DNA of 64,000 nt, taken from an uncultured Clostridia bacterium (GTDB lineage Bacteria > Bacillota > Clostridia > TANB77 > CAG-508). The first letter of the stretch is position 1, and every line of letters starts with the position of its first letter. The notes beneath the pieces are model-generated. The model did not search any database and was not told the origin of the DNA. It saw only the letters and a list, made by a program, of their open reading frames with translations. The stretch is taken from positions 3,041 to 67,040 of the forward strand of contig CALXJU010000002.1 in NCBI GenBank assembly GCA_944388705.1. The letters run 5' to 3'. Below, piece after piece: positions 10,605 through 20,800 of this stretch. The position numbers and the translations under genes were made by a program.

Positions 10605-11013
10605 GGCTGATGTGGAGAGCCCCTTGCACATATGTATTAAATAAATGGAGAATTTTGTGCATCTAAACTTAACGTTAGAAAATCTTATATATTCAGATGA
10701 GGAATGTTCATGGGCAAGCTTATAAATATGTGTATTTTTCATAAACTGCCTCGACTACCCTACATAACGTTAACAAATTCTAAAACTAAAGTCACAACAA
10801 TACCCAAAAATGGGGACCTTTATGACTTTAGTTTAAGAATTTGTAACACTATTCCGGTCGTATTCGTTGTTTAATCAAAATAAACATATTTATAAGCTTG
10901 AGCCTGAATGAAAGCGGCTCATCTGAATATATTAGATTTTATACGGGAAGTTTGGCTTGTCCAAAATTTGGAATGCTTTAATACATATGTGCAAGGGGCT
11001 CTCCACATCAGCC
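10605..11013. repeat. 410-bp foldback: long imperfect inverted repeat with four near-perfect helices and an apical mini-hairpin
   Basis: Paired blocks are 10605-10641/10977-11013 (37 bp perfect), about 10679-10701/10918-10940 (22 of 23), 10716-10731/10884-10899 (16 bp perfect) and about 10769-10794/10823-10847 (1 bulge plus 1 mismatch). The apex is CCCAAAAATGGG, centred at 10809. Internal loops have matched sizes (37/36, 14/18 and 37/36 nt). Confidence 0.9.
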
Positions 11014-11054
11014 AGTCTAGATTATAAAAACATTAGTTGTTATCTGTTCCTCTT

Positions 11055-11086
11055 TATTAAACAAAAGAGAGCATTTTATGCTCTCT
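11055..11086 (-). terminator. Rho-independent terminator downstream of spoVS
   Basis: Minus strand: AGAGAGCA - 5-nt loop - TGCTCTCT, followed by TTTGTTTAAT. Confidence 0.6.
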
Positions 11087-11091
11087 CTGAT

Positions 11092-11355
11092 TTATTTTCT
11101 TGATTCCACAATCAATTTAATTCCTGTACGGTCTTCTCCTTCAACCTCAACTTCTGCAAAAGCTGGTATACATACTAAGTCTACTCCTGCTGGTGCTACA
11201 AATCCTCTTGCTATTGCTACTGCCTTTACTGCTTGGTTTAGAGCTCCTGCTCCGATTGCTTGCATTTCTGCTTTGTTTGATTCTTTTACTAATCCTGCAA
11301 TAGCACCTGCTACTGAATTTGGATTAGATTTTGATGAAATTTTTAAAATTTCCAT
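11092..11355 (-). CDS. spoVS: Stage V sporulation protein S
   Basis: 87 aa: MEILKISSKSNPNSVAGAIAG...AIGAGALNQAVKAVAIARGF... This is the highly conserved SpoVS sequence. Confidence 0.95.
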   Translation of the reverse strand: MEILKISSKSNPNSVAGAIAGLVKESNKAEMQAIGAGALNQAVKAVAIARGFVAPAGVDLVCIPAFAEVEVEGEDRTGIKLIVESRK

Positions 11356-11489
11356 TTTTCTTTTGCCTCCTATTAATTTATTTTTTGTTGCAACTTTTAC
11401 ATTTTGTATTTTACAACATCTGGAAATTTTTGTCTAGTGTTTTTTGGAAATTTTTTCAAGTTTTCATCGCGACTTTCGACAGTTTTTTC

Positions 11490-12269
11490 TTATTTTATAT
11501 ATATTCTTTTTATTTCAGTTACTTTATTAGTTTGATTATCTATTTCAAATATTACTGCATTTAATATGCATTCTCCTTCTGCCAATTTGTATTTTTCTGG
11601 AAGTGTTGTTTCAAATCTTTTTATTGATACATTTACATCCATACCAATTACAGAATTTTTTGGTCCTGTCATTCCTAAATCTGTTATGTATCCTGTCCCT
11701 TTTGGTAATATTTGTTCATCACCTGTTTGTACATGTGTATGTGTTCCAAATAATGCTGTTATTTTTCCATCTAAATATCTTGCCATTGCAATTTTTTCTG
11801 CTGTAGCTTCTGCATGAAAATCAATCATTATTATATCTACTTTATTTTTTAATTCTTCTACCATTTCTTTTGCTATTATAAATGGATTTTCTGTTAATAT
11901 ATTTATGTCTACTCTTCCCATAAGATTTATTACTGCAATTTTCTTTCCATTACATTCATATATACCTAAACCTTTTCCTACTACTCCTTTTGGATAATTT
12001 GCTGGCCTTAATAATCTGGGTTCATCTATAAATTTAAATATATCTTTTTTTCCCCATGTATGATTTCCCATTGTTACTACATTTGTTCCTGCTTCTATTA
12101 TTTCTTTAAAATTTTTTTCTGTTATTCCCATTCCTCCTGCAGAATTTTCTCCATTTGTTATTACAAAATCTATTTCTTCCTCTTTTTTTATTTTTGGTAA
12201 TTCTTCTTTTAATTTTCTTACTCCTGATTCTCCAACAATGTCTCCAACTGCTAATATTCTCAATTTCAT
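11490..12269 (-). CDS. ymdB: YmdB-family metallophosphoesterase (2',3'-cyclic-nucleotide phosphodiesterase-like)
   Basis: MKLRILAVGDIVG...ITNGENSAGGMGIT...MGNHTW... is the YmdB signature, and the gene is adjacent to spoVS as in other Firmicutes. Confidence 0.9.
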   Translation of the reverse strand: MKLRILAVGDIVGESGVRKLKEELPKIKKEEEIDFVITNGENSAGGMGITEKNFKEIIEAGTNVVTMGNHTWGKKDIFKFIDEPRLLRPANYPKGVVGKGLGIYECNGKKIAVINLMGRVDINILTENPFIIAKEMVEELKNKVDIIMIDFHAEATAEKIAMARYLDGKITALFGTHTHVQTGDEQILPKGTGYITDLGMTGPKNSVIGMDVNVSIKRFETTLPEKYKLAEGECILNAVIFEIDNQTNKVTEIKRIYIK

Positions 12270-12389
12270 TCCTTCTTTCTATTTTTTAGTTCTTTTTTAT
12301 TTTAACATTTTTGCTCATTTTCGTCAACACCACAAAAGGAGACAGTTGAATAACATGAACTAAATGTGTGGTAGCATTTAATTCTATTT

Positions 12390-12433
12390 TTTTGTTAAAA
12401 AATAGAAGTGAAGAGTAGTAGTTCTTCACTTCT
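12390..12433 (-). terminator. Rho-independent terminator downstream of the spoIIQ-like gene
   Basis: Stem of 11 bp, AGAAGTGAAGA (12404-12414) / TCTTCACTTCT (12423-12433). The minus strand then reads ATTTTTT. Confidence 0.7.
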
Positions 12434-12467
12434 TTGACTTATTTGACATTAATCGTCTCTTTTAGAG

Positions 12468-13301
12468 TTATTTTAAATAAATTGTTGGGTCTAAATATTC
12501 TCCATCTTTTAATAATTCAAAATGAAGATGTGATTCCATACTGCTTTCAAAAGCGGCTGTATTTCCAGCAGTTCCTATAGTTTGACCTTGTTCAATTTCT
12601 TCTCCTTCAACAACAAATTCTGCTGTAAGTAAATTAGAATAAACAGTTTCATAGCCATCATCATGTTCAATAACCACTGTTAATCCATATCTAGGGTCAT
12701 TAACAATAGATTTAACTATACCTGCTGCAGCTGATTTTATAACACTTGTCTTATCAGCTTTAATATCTATAGCTGTATGAGTAATCCATTCTTTTAAAGT
12801 TTCTGAATAAATTAAATTATCTTTAGCAAACTCACAGATAATTTCTCCTTCTACTGGTTTAATAAAAGTAATTTCTTTATTTGTTTCAGTAACTTCATTT
12901 TCTTCATTTACAGGCTCTTCTGTTGATGTATTTGTATTACTTGGACTATTTGTTAAAACATTTGATGTTGTATTATTAGAATTAGTATTAGTATTCATAT
13001 CTGTACTTGTATTAGAGTTTGTATCAGTTGTTGTATTATTTGTTAAAGTATTTGTTGTATTTTCTTTTAATAAATTTCCTTCTTGTTCTTCAACAGTTTT
13101 TCCAATATCAGTACTAACACTTTCTGTACTTTCTTCTACTGTTTGACTCTGTTCTACCGGATTTCCTATGTTTTCTTCATTTTTTGTACTAGATGTCATG
13201 TACATAATAATTCCAATTGCAACTGCTAATATAGCAAATACTGCTATTCCTCCATATATTAGCAAATTATCATTTTCTAAAAATCTTCTTCCTCTTTTCA
13301 T
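12468..13301 (-). CDS. spoIIQ: Membrane-anchored M23/LytM peptidase, SpoIIQ-like
   Basis: N-terminal TM helix, an N/T-rich linker, then a LytM domain with intact HxxxD (HTAIDI) and HxH (HLHFEL). It lies directly downstream of spoIID, as in Clostridioides difficile. Confidence 0.65.
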   Translation of the reverse strand: MKRGRRFLENDNLLIYGGIAVFAILAVAIGIIMYMTSSTKNEENIGNPVEQSQTVEESTESVSTDIGKTVEEQEGNLLKENTTNTLTNNTTTDTNSNTSTDMNTNTNSNNTTSNVLTNSPSNTNTSTEEPVNEENEVTETNKEITFIKPVEGEIICEFAKDNLIYSETLKEWITHTAIDIKADKTSVIKSAAAGIVKSIVNDPRYGLTVVIEHDDGYETVYSNLLTAEFVVEGEEIEQGQTIGTAGNTAAFESSMESHLHFELLKDGEYLDPTIYLK

Positions 13302-13361
13302 AAATTCCTCCTTGAATATGTTATTAATACCATTATTTACTTTTTTTCAAAGATTATTCAT

Positions 13362-14396
13362 TTAAAGAGAATTTACTTCAATAATTTCCACACCTGTATA
13401 AAAATGTTTTATAATTTCTTCATAATTTGAACCTGATTTTGCTAAACTGTCTGCTCCAGTTTGACTCATTCCAACACCATGTCCATATCCTTTTACAGAA
13501 AAGGTAATATTATCACCATTTATTGAAAATGTAAAATTTGTTGACCTTAGTCCTAATATTGTTCTTGCTTCTGTTCCAGCAATTTCTTTATTTCCAAATT
13601 TTATTGTTTTGACTCTTCCACTTGATGTAAATTCAATAATTTGAATACAATTTTCTTGTGAAAAATCAATTTCACAATCTTCATATTTTTCTCTTATTTT
13701 TGTTAATAATTCTTCTTTTGAAAATGTTACTTCTGAACTATATTGTGTATATCCATCTTCTCCTGATATTTCAACTGATTTCAAATATGGATAATCTATT
13801 CCTCCCCAAATATTTAATGAACTTTCTGTTATACCTCCACTATTTGAATGAAAAAATGCATTTATTGGAGTTCCTCCATATGTTATTATTTTTCCACTTG
13901 TTGAATTTACTGCTTCTACTATCTTATTCCAGTTTGCTTCTGCTTCTTCTGCATTCCATTTTGCAAATCTCTCATCTTTACTAATCCATGCTTGGCAACA
14001 ATTAAAGTCATCACAAACATCCGCGTTTTCGTGTTTTGCTGAATTATTTATTATTTGAAATATTGTATATGTTCTTGCAACTGTTGCTTGTGCTTTTAAT
14101 GCTTCAATTTCAAAATTTGCAGGCATTTCACTTGCAACAACTCCATATAAATATTCATCTATGTTTAATTCTTCTACTTGATTTGTTTCTGTATGTAATA
14201 ATTTTATTGTACCATATTTTTGATAATCGTATTTTTCTGGTGTTTGTTCTTCTTGTTGTGTTTGTGTTTCATCTACTTGTTTTGTTTCTTCAGCATTAGC
14301 TTCATATGTTTCATTTTTTGGTGTTATCGTACAAATTGCAGGAAATATAAAAAATAACATTATAAATGCACTAATATATAAAAGAATTTTTTTCAT
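13362..14396 (-). CDS. spoIID: Stage II sporulation protein D (SpoIID/LytB lytic transglycosylase)
   Basis: SpoIID-domain motifs: ALKAQATVARTYT, NAFFHSNSGGITES and GYGHGVGMSQTGA. Confidence 0.9.
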   Translation of the reverse strand: MKKILLYISAFIMLFFIFPAICTITPKNETYEANAEETKQVDETQTQQEEQTPEKYDYQKYGTIKLLHTETNQVEELNIDEYLYGVVASEMPANFEIEALKAQATVARTYTIFQIINNSAKHENADVCDDFNCCQAWISKDERFAKWNAEEAEANWNKIVEAVNSTSGKIITYGGTPINAFFHSNSGGITESSLNIWGGIDYPYLKSVEISGEDGYTQYSSEVTFSKEELLTKIREKYEDCEIDFSQENCIQIIEFTSSGRVKTIKFGNKEIAGTEARTILGLRSTNFTFSINGDNITFSVKGYGHGVGMSQTGADSLAKSGSNYEEIIKHFYTGVEIIEVNSL

Positions 14397-14409
14397 TTTC
14401 CCTCCTTTT

Positions 14410-15138
14410 TTAGATTGTTAATTTTCTTTTCATTTCACCTAAAATTTTCTTTTCTATTCTTGATACTTGTACTTGTGTTATTCCAAGAATTTTTGAAACT
14501 TGCATTTGTGTTTTTTGCTTATAATATCTTAACATTATTATTTCTTTTTCTTTTTCGCCTAATTCACTTATTAAATTTTTTATTGCAATTTTATTTATTA
14601 TTTCTGTTTGTTCATCTTTTCCTGTAGAAAGTTGTTCTAATATACTTACTGTTTTGTCTGTTTTATTATCTCTATATTGGGCATCTTCTATAGAATCTAC
14701 AGGTCTTGTTGAATCTAAAGCCATTGTTATTTCTTCTTTTGATATTCTGAGTTCTTTTGAAATTTCTTCTAATGTTATTTCTTTTCCATATTTATTATAA
14801 TATTCTTTTTGTAATTCTACTATTTTTACATTTAGTTCTTTTATGCTTCTACTTACTTTTATTGGTCCGTCATCTCTTATATATCTTTTAATTTCTCCTA
14901 AAATGTATGGTACTGCATATGTTGAAAGGCGTACTTCGAAACTTGTATCAAATCTTTGTATTGATTTTATAAATCCTATACATCCAATTTGATATAAATC
15001 ATCAATCTCAAATCCTCTTCCACTAAATCTTCGAACTATGCTCCAAATTAATCCATTGTTATCTTCTACTAATTTTGTCATATCTTCTTTGCTTCCATTT
15101 TGAGCTCTTTCGATGATTTTCATATCGTTTTCATACAC
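14410..15138 (-). CDS. sigF: Sporulation sigma factor SigF
   Basis: Sigma-70 regions 2-4 (DLYQIGCIGFIKSIQRFD, the C-terminal HTH ISKILGITQVQVSRIEKK). It is the third gene of a spoIIAA-spoIIAB-sigF arrangement. Confidence 0.9.
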   Translation of the reverse strand: MYENDMKIIERAQNGSKEDMTKLVEDNNGLIWSIVRRFSGRGFEIDDLYQIGCIGFIKSIQRFDTSFEVRLSTYAVPYILGEIKRYIRDDGPIKVSRSIKELNVKIVELQKEYYNKYGKEITLEEISKELRISKEEITMALDSTRPVDSIEDAQYRDNKTDKTVSILEQLSTGKDEQTEIINKIAIKNLISELGEKEKEIIMLRYYKQKTQMQVSKILGITQVQVSRIEKKILGEMKRKLTI

Positions 15139-15617
15139 TATTCCTCTCTCCTTACCGCTGTCACAGCAACGTTTTCTTCTTTATTATTACTTTTTATTTT
15201 TTTGCTCATTGTTATTTTAGTTCCTATTCCTAGTGTTGATTCAACTTCTACTTCATCCATAAAGCTTTCCATTATTGTAAATCCCATACCTGACCTTTCC
15301 AAGTTTGCTTTTGTTGTATATAATGGTTGTTTCGCTATTTCTATGTTTTCTATTCCTTTTCCTTCATCTATAATTTCTATAAATACTTCATTTTCTACAA
15401 TTCTACAAATTAATTTTACTATTCCTGTTTTTCCTTCATATCCATGTATTATCGAGTTTGTTACCGCTTCTGATACTGATGTTTTTATATCTGCTATTTC
15501 TTCTAATGTTGGGTCTAGTTGTGCTACAAATGCTGCTACTGCAATTCTTGCAAATGCTTCATTACTTGATTTGCTTAAAAATTCTATTTTCATTTCATTG
15601 TCATATATATTATTCAT
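15138..15617 (-). CDS. spoIIAB: Anti-sigma F factor / serine kinase SpoIIAB
   Basis: HATPase_c-type N box ([10 protein letters not shown]) and G boxes ([14 protein letters not shown]). It overlaps both flanking genes. Confidence 0.92.
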   Translation of the reverse strand: MNNIYDNEMKIEFLSKSSNEAFARIAVAAFVAQLDPTLEEIADIKTSVSEAVTNSIIHGYEGKTGIVKLICRIVENEVFIEIIDEGKGIENIEIAKQPLYTTKANLERSGMGFTIMESFMDEVEVESTLGIGTKITMSKKIKSNNKEENVAVTAVRREE

Positions 15618-15945
15618 ATTGTGCCTCCTTTTTTTTATATTTTACTTCTGGCATTATTTTTAAAATTCCACTCATTTCAAATATCTTTCTAACTGGTGTA
15701 TTTATATTTGCTATTTTTACTTTTCCTCCTAACATATTTATTAGTTTGTATCTACCTATTAATAATCCTATTCCTGCACTGTCCATAAAAGTAACATTAC
15801 TAAAATCAAATATAGTTTCTTTTGGCATATATCTTTCAATTTCATTATCTAATCTCCTCCTTATCTTTTGTACACAACATTCATCTATATCTTCATCGAT
15901 TTTGAAGACTAATTGCTTGTCCATTTTGTTATATATACTTTCCAT
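15610..15945 (-). CDS. spoIIAA: Anti-anti-sigma factor SpoIIAA (STAS domain)
   Basis: STAS domain with the phosphorylatable Ser context [10 protein letters not shown] chose the start at MESIYNK because GGAGG lies 4 nt upstream; the ORF track begins 6 codons earlier at 15963. Confidence 0.9.
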   Translation of the reverse strand: MESIYNKMDKQLVFKIDEDIDECCVQKIRRRLDNEIERYMPKETIFDFSNVTFMDSAGIGLLIGRYKLINMLGGKVKIANINTPVRKIFEMSGILKIMPEVKYKKKEAQYE

Positions 15946-16004
15946 TTTACCTCCTTCTCCCAAAAGATTGATACTTTATTGGGATGATTTATATATCGTT
16001 TTGT

Positions 16005-16033
16005 ATTATATAACTATTTACATTATTTTCCAA
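16005..16033 (-). promoter_or_regulatory. Candidate promoter of the spoIIA operon
   Basis: Minus strand: TTGGAA (16028-16033), 17 nt spacer, TATAAT (16005-16010). It reads as sigma-A-like, so sigma-H dependence (as in Bacillus) cannot be judged from this sequence. Confidence 0.4.
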
Positions 16034-16035
16034 GA

Positions 16036-16088
16036 GCAAAAAATAAGAAGTTTTGTCGATTTATTATAAGTTTTCGACAAAACTTCTT
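16036..16088 (-). terminator. Strong rho-independent terminator ending the giant-protein operon (left edge of the island)
   Basis: Perfect 15-bp stem AAGAAGTTTTGTCGA (16045-16059) / TCGACAAAACTTCTT (16074-16088). The minus strand then reads ATTTTTTG. Confidence 0.8.
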
Positions 16089-16107
16089 TAATTTTTATTT
16101 ATGTTTT

Positions 16108-17790
16108 TTATTTCATTACAATTAAAATTCCATTTATTAGACCTGTTTCTGTATCTGTAATCATAGTAACATCATATTGTTTTGAAATATCTATTTTTTC
16201 TGGTCCACTTGTGGAATCAGGATTTATAAATACAGTTTCCATATTTCCATAATAAACTGTAATCTTTTTATTATCTGTTTCTATCATATTATTGCTTACT
16301 ACTTCTAAAAGTAATGCATTTACTTGAACCCCTCTTTGATTTTCTCCTTCATATCTTTTCCATCTATCATTAAACATTTCTATTTCTTGTTGTTCCAATT
16401 TATCTGTTTGCTCTGCTAAATGTTCTGATAAATCTTCTAACATTTTATATTTTAGATAATAATTAGTAGTATATATATTTGTAAAAATTAATGGATTTAC
16501 ATCAATACCTAATTTTTCTATATGATTTTGATTAACCTGTTTAATTCTTTCTTGCACTTTATCAAGATAATTTTGACGTGAGGTTTCATCATAATCATCT
16601 AAGAAAATAGAATTTTCTGAATTTAATCTTTCTATAGAAATAGAATTATTAAATTTTATTTTATTTATAATATTATAATTATATGACATTATTTGTTCAT
16701 CATCACTTGCTTCTAAAACAAAATTATGATTTTCATCAATTATATCAAGTGTTTGCAAGCCATTATATTTAGATGTAACACCAATTTTAATTTTCATCTC
16801 ATCTTGTTGCATACTTTTTTGTACCATCTGAATTTCAAATTGATATTCAAGTTGGTCATTAATTATTTGTTTTCTTAAAGTTATAATATTATCATCTATT
16901 TGCAATATAAATCCTGTTAACATTTTATCTGTAGTTTCTATTGTTAATTGAAACTCTTTCACTTCAGAATTTTTAATATTTTCAATCATTTCGTCAATTT
17001 TGTTAGAACTAATTTCTCCATCAAAAATAGTTTTAATTTTATTTTGTAAAGTTGTATCTTGTTTAAAGATTTCTAAAAATTTTAATAATATATTTTTATA
17101 TTCTTCTCCTGTTAATGTTAATTGATAACTTTTTCCTGTTGATATATCATAACTTGAAAATTTTTCGTCTGCATTTTGTTCTTCTAGTATTTTTAAATAA
17201 GTATTTTTTATTTGTTCTACTTCTTCTTTTGAAAATTTAAAATTTTTTATTATTTCCATTTTGTTTTTAAACTCTGAAAGAGCCACAAGATTTTCTTCAT
17301 CTAAGTCTTGAACTTCAGTATTTGTCATTGCTGTATATTTTGCACCAATATAATCACTTTGAATACCATAAGTATCATTATCTTGTTTATAATTTATAGA
17401 AAATGCTAATTCATTTTTTCCATAATCAATTTCTATATTTTGTTCTATTTGTCTTTCAGCTTGATTTGTTTTTCCAGAAAAATTTACTGATATGTTATTT
17501 ACATCATCTGTATTTTCTACTACTTCTTCTGGTATTTGCACATCTAATGTAAGATTTCCTGAATTTTCATAAGCACTTTGCTTTTTCTTTTCAGTATAAT
17601 TTTTTAAATTTGTATCTATAAAATTACTTTCTCCTGATATTAGTTCTGATAGTTTCTCAATTAAAATCTCTTTATCACTTTTGAATATATCTGTTTCAAC
17701 ATATAAATATGCAAATGTTCCACCAATTCCTAGTAAAATCACTAGTAAAATTATTACTAAAATCATTATTATTTTTTTATTTTTATTCAT
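16108..17790 (-). CDS. Secreted/anchored hypothetical protein with SipW-cognate-like signal (GGTFAYLY)
   Basis: 560 aa. The N-terminus is MNKNKK + TM helix + IGGTFAYLYVETD, resembling the TasA-class GGTxAxF signal. I recognise nothing else. Confidence 0.6.
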   Translation of the reverse strand: MNKNKKIIMILVIILLVILLGIGGTFAYLYVETDIFKSDKEILIEKLSELISGESNFIDTNLKNYTEKKKQSAYENSGNLTLDVQIPEEVVENTDDVNNISVNFSGKTNQAERQIEQNIEIDYGKNELAFSINYKQDNDTYGIQSDYIGAKYTAMTNTEVQDLDEENLVALSEFKNKMEIIKNFKFSKEEVEQIKNTYLKILEEQNADEKFSSYDISTGKSYQLTLTGEEYKNILLKFLEIFKQDTTLQNKIKTIFDGEISSNKIDEMIENIKNSEVKEFQLTIETTDKMLTGFILQIDDNIITLRKQIINDQLEYQFEIQMVQKSMQQDEMKIKIGVTSKYNGLQTLDIIDENHNFVLEASDDEQIMSYNYNIINKIKFNNSISIERLNSENSIFLDDYDETSRQNYLDKVQERIKQVNQNHIEKLGIDVNPLIFTNIYTTNYYLKYKMLEDLSEHLAEQTDKLEQQEIEMFNDRWKRYEGENQRGVQVNALLLEVVSNNMIETDNKKITVYYGNMETVFINPDSTSGPEKIDISKQYDVTMITDTETGLINGILIVMK

Positions 17791-17845
17791 TTTTTTGCTC
17801 CTTTTATTTTCAACATCTCAAAAGGAAATACTTCCTTTTGAGATA

Positions 17846-20800
17846 TTATTTAATTATTATCATTTTTTCTACATTTCCTATATAGTTTTCTCCATCATAT
17901 AGTGAAAATACTACTTTATATGTACCAGTAACTAAATTATCTTTTAACATTAAGTTAAAGTTCTGAGTTTCTTGAAGATTATCTGTTACTAAATATTCAT
18001 TTTGAGTTGAAGTTGCAGTTAATGTATTTGATACATAATCTGCTAAATTTACTAAACTATATGTTGATGTATATATATTGTCATAATCTCTTCTATATAA
18101 TGATACATGTAGTTTTGGATTTTCAAATTCAGCTTGATAATTAATTGTAAAGTTTAATTCATTATTATCATTTTTTGTAAATCCTGTTGTTTTATCTATT
18201 AATACTGAATTTTCATCTAATTCTGCTGTTAAACCATAATCTGTATTTATTATTTGCAAGTTGAAACTATCTGTTGCTATTGCACTTGAGAAATATACTC
18301 CATCTAGTGAGCCAAATGTTTCAAATTGGAATGTATATGTTGCTGTTTCTAAACTACCATTTGTTGTATATACTATCATATTTGTTAATACATTTGATAC
18401 TGCATCAGCTATTTTCATTCTAAATGAACCATCTGCTCTTGCATAATATCTATTTCCATCTAATTCAATATATATACCTGTTAAATCACTTGAGGTTAAT
18501 GGTGTACTTCCTTCTAATATTGTTAGTTTTACTCCTAGCTGGTCATCAAAATGTGTTGTGTCATATATTATTTCAGAGTTTTCTATTTGATATTCATATA
18601 CTGTTGATAAATCTATTCCAAAACTTTCTCCCATATATATAAATTGTTTATTTGTACTTGCATCTACACTTTTTATTGCTTCTTTATCACTATATAAATT
18701 GAATATCATTGGATATTGGTCTGTATTTACTGTAAGTTTTGTTGTATTATCCCATAAATCTCTTAATTCAACTATTAATCTCTGATTTGATAATGTATTT
18801 GCTAGTGTTATGTCTGCGAAATCTACTTGGAATATAAATTCCTCTAATACAATGTCCATATCTTTATTATAGTATGCTTGGTCAGAACTGTATTTTTCAT
18901 TTGTACTTCCCATTGCAGTAAAATCTATAAATGGATATTCTCTTTTTCCACTTGCTTCATCTTCTGGTGTTACTATATAATAATAATATTTTACTGTACT
19001 TCCAGAACGGTCTATCATAGTTATTTTTGTTTTTGCTGGTAATACACATGTTGATATTAACCAATGTTTATATCCAACAAAATCATCATAATATTTATCT
19101 TGTGTTGAGTAATTACCTAAATATAATGAATAATATGTTGATAATGAACTGTTACTTGTTATACTTGTATTTGTTGTTGGAAACATACTATATTTTCTAC
19201 CTGGTGTTATTGCACCTTCATAATAATCATTTTCTAATGATGTTGTATTATTTGTTGATATCATTAAGTCTATATATACTTTTCTCATTTTCATTTCATC
19301 ATTTTCTAAATATGTTACTTCAAGTTCTATTGTTACTGTTCCTAAATTCTCGTTTTCACTTATATTTTTTGAGTTTGCTAAGTAAAAACTAAATGTAGGT
19401 GTTGTTGTTGAATTATCACTTAAGAACTGTGTTTCTCCAGCAAAAGTTCCATTCTTGTTATCTTCTGTTGTGAAGAATTCTGATGTTCCTTTTGTCTGCC
19501 ATCCTGTATCTCCTGTTGTCATTGTTAATCCAAATCTACCATTAGCTTTAATTGGATCCATTTCTATATTTGGTATTTCATTTTGGTCTACTATTTCTAC
19601 ATCTGGACTTAATTCTGATGTATCAAATCCAACTACTTCTATATTCATATTTGGAAAACTTAATCCATCTAATGATAATACATGTGTTGATGTTGTAGCA
19701 TATTTTGTAGCAATTAATTCTATTGGTCCATAGAAGATATCATCTGTTATTTCTCCTAATATCCATTGATAATATATTGCATTTTCTGGTGTTGGTATTA
19801 TATATTCAACATTTATTATTCCTTCATTATCATAGTTTGTATAAAATCCATCTACTTCTATATTATGACTCTCATAATGTTTTCCTTGTACATATGAATT
19901 TCTTTCAAATTGTTCTATGTCTGCTGGAATTGTATCTCCTTCATCATAATCTGGTGAATATATACCTGTATTTCTTGTCATTGTTCCACTAAACATTCCT
20001 ATATATGTCATTCCACTTACATCACCATGTGCTCCTGCTTCTGTTGCTAAAATTAGGTTTTTACCTTGTAATATATATATTCTATTATCAACATTTCTAC
20101 TTACTACTCCATTTTCTCCAATTTCTACTGTTGCTTTATTGTTTGTTCCATCTACACTTGTTAATTTTTCAAGTATGTTTGCTCCACTTGCTAAGTATAA
20201 TGTTGTATTATTTTTTATTATTAATTCATTTATTCTGTTGAAGGTATATACTGCTGATGATATTTCATTTGTTCTATCTGTTGTTCCTTCTAAATATATT
20301 CCACAATTATCTAAAGTTACTTGTGTTGCCCTCTGTATTGATATATTGTCTTTCAAATTATCTGCTGAACCATAGTTTGATACTCTTATATATCCATTTC
20401 CTGATATTTTTGCCGCATTTCCTGAACCAAATATGCTTTCTCCTATATTAAATGTATATGTTCCATTATCATATTCATTTGCATTTATGTCTATATTTAC
20501 ATCTCCTGTAACACTTTCAAATGTAAAGTCATAGTCTTCTGAACCTGCTGTATTTGATTTTCCTCCTCCAAATACTGTTCCTGCTATTTCTATATTTCCT
20601 TGTGTTAAACTATCATCTCCAACTACTGCTTTTCCTATTCTTACTTGTGTTTCTCCATTTACTACTGAGGTATTTGCTGCTCCATATACATCTCCGCCTA
20701 TTGTTGCTCCTGTTATATATACTCTTACTACTGAATTTTTATTTTCTGCTGTTCCTGTTGCTGCTGCATTTCCTCCTCCAAATAGGTCTCCTGCTATATT

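Noticed and set aside
10645-10725. A 26-aa ORF (MENFVHLNLTLENLIYSDEECSWASL) lies inside the left arm of the 410-bp foldback.
   Set aside because: It has no SD and no counterpart on the other arm. An ORF of this length is easily produced by chance. The foldback is better explained as a nucleic-acid structure.
13302-13361. I searched for sigma-F/sigma-G and sigma-E type promoters upstream of the spoIIQ-like and spoIID genes.
   Set aside because: The candidate hexamers (GGTATTAATA, CATATTCA) have wrong spacing or lie too close to the SD. The spoIID promoter would lie inside sigF coding sequence. I cannot make a defensible call from sequence alone.
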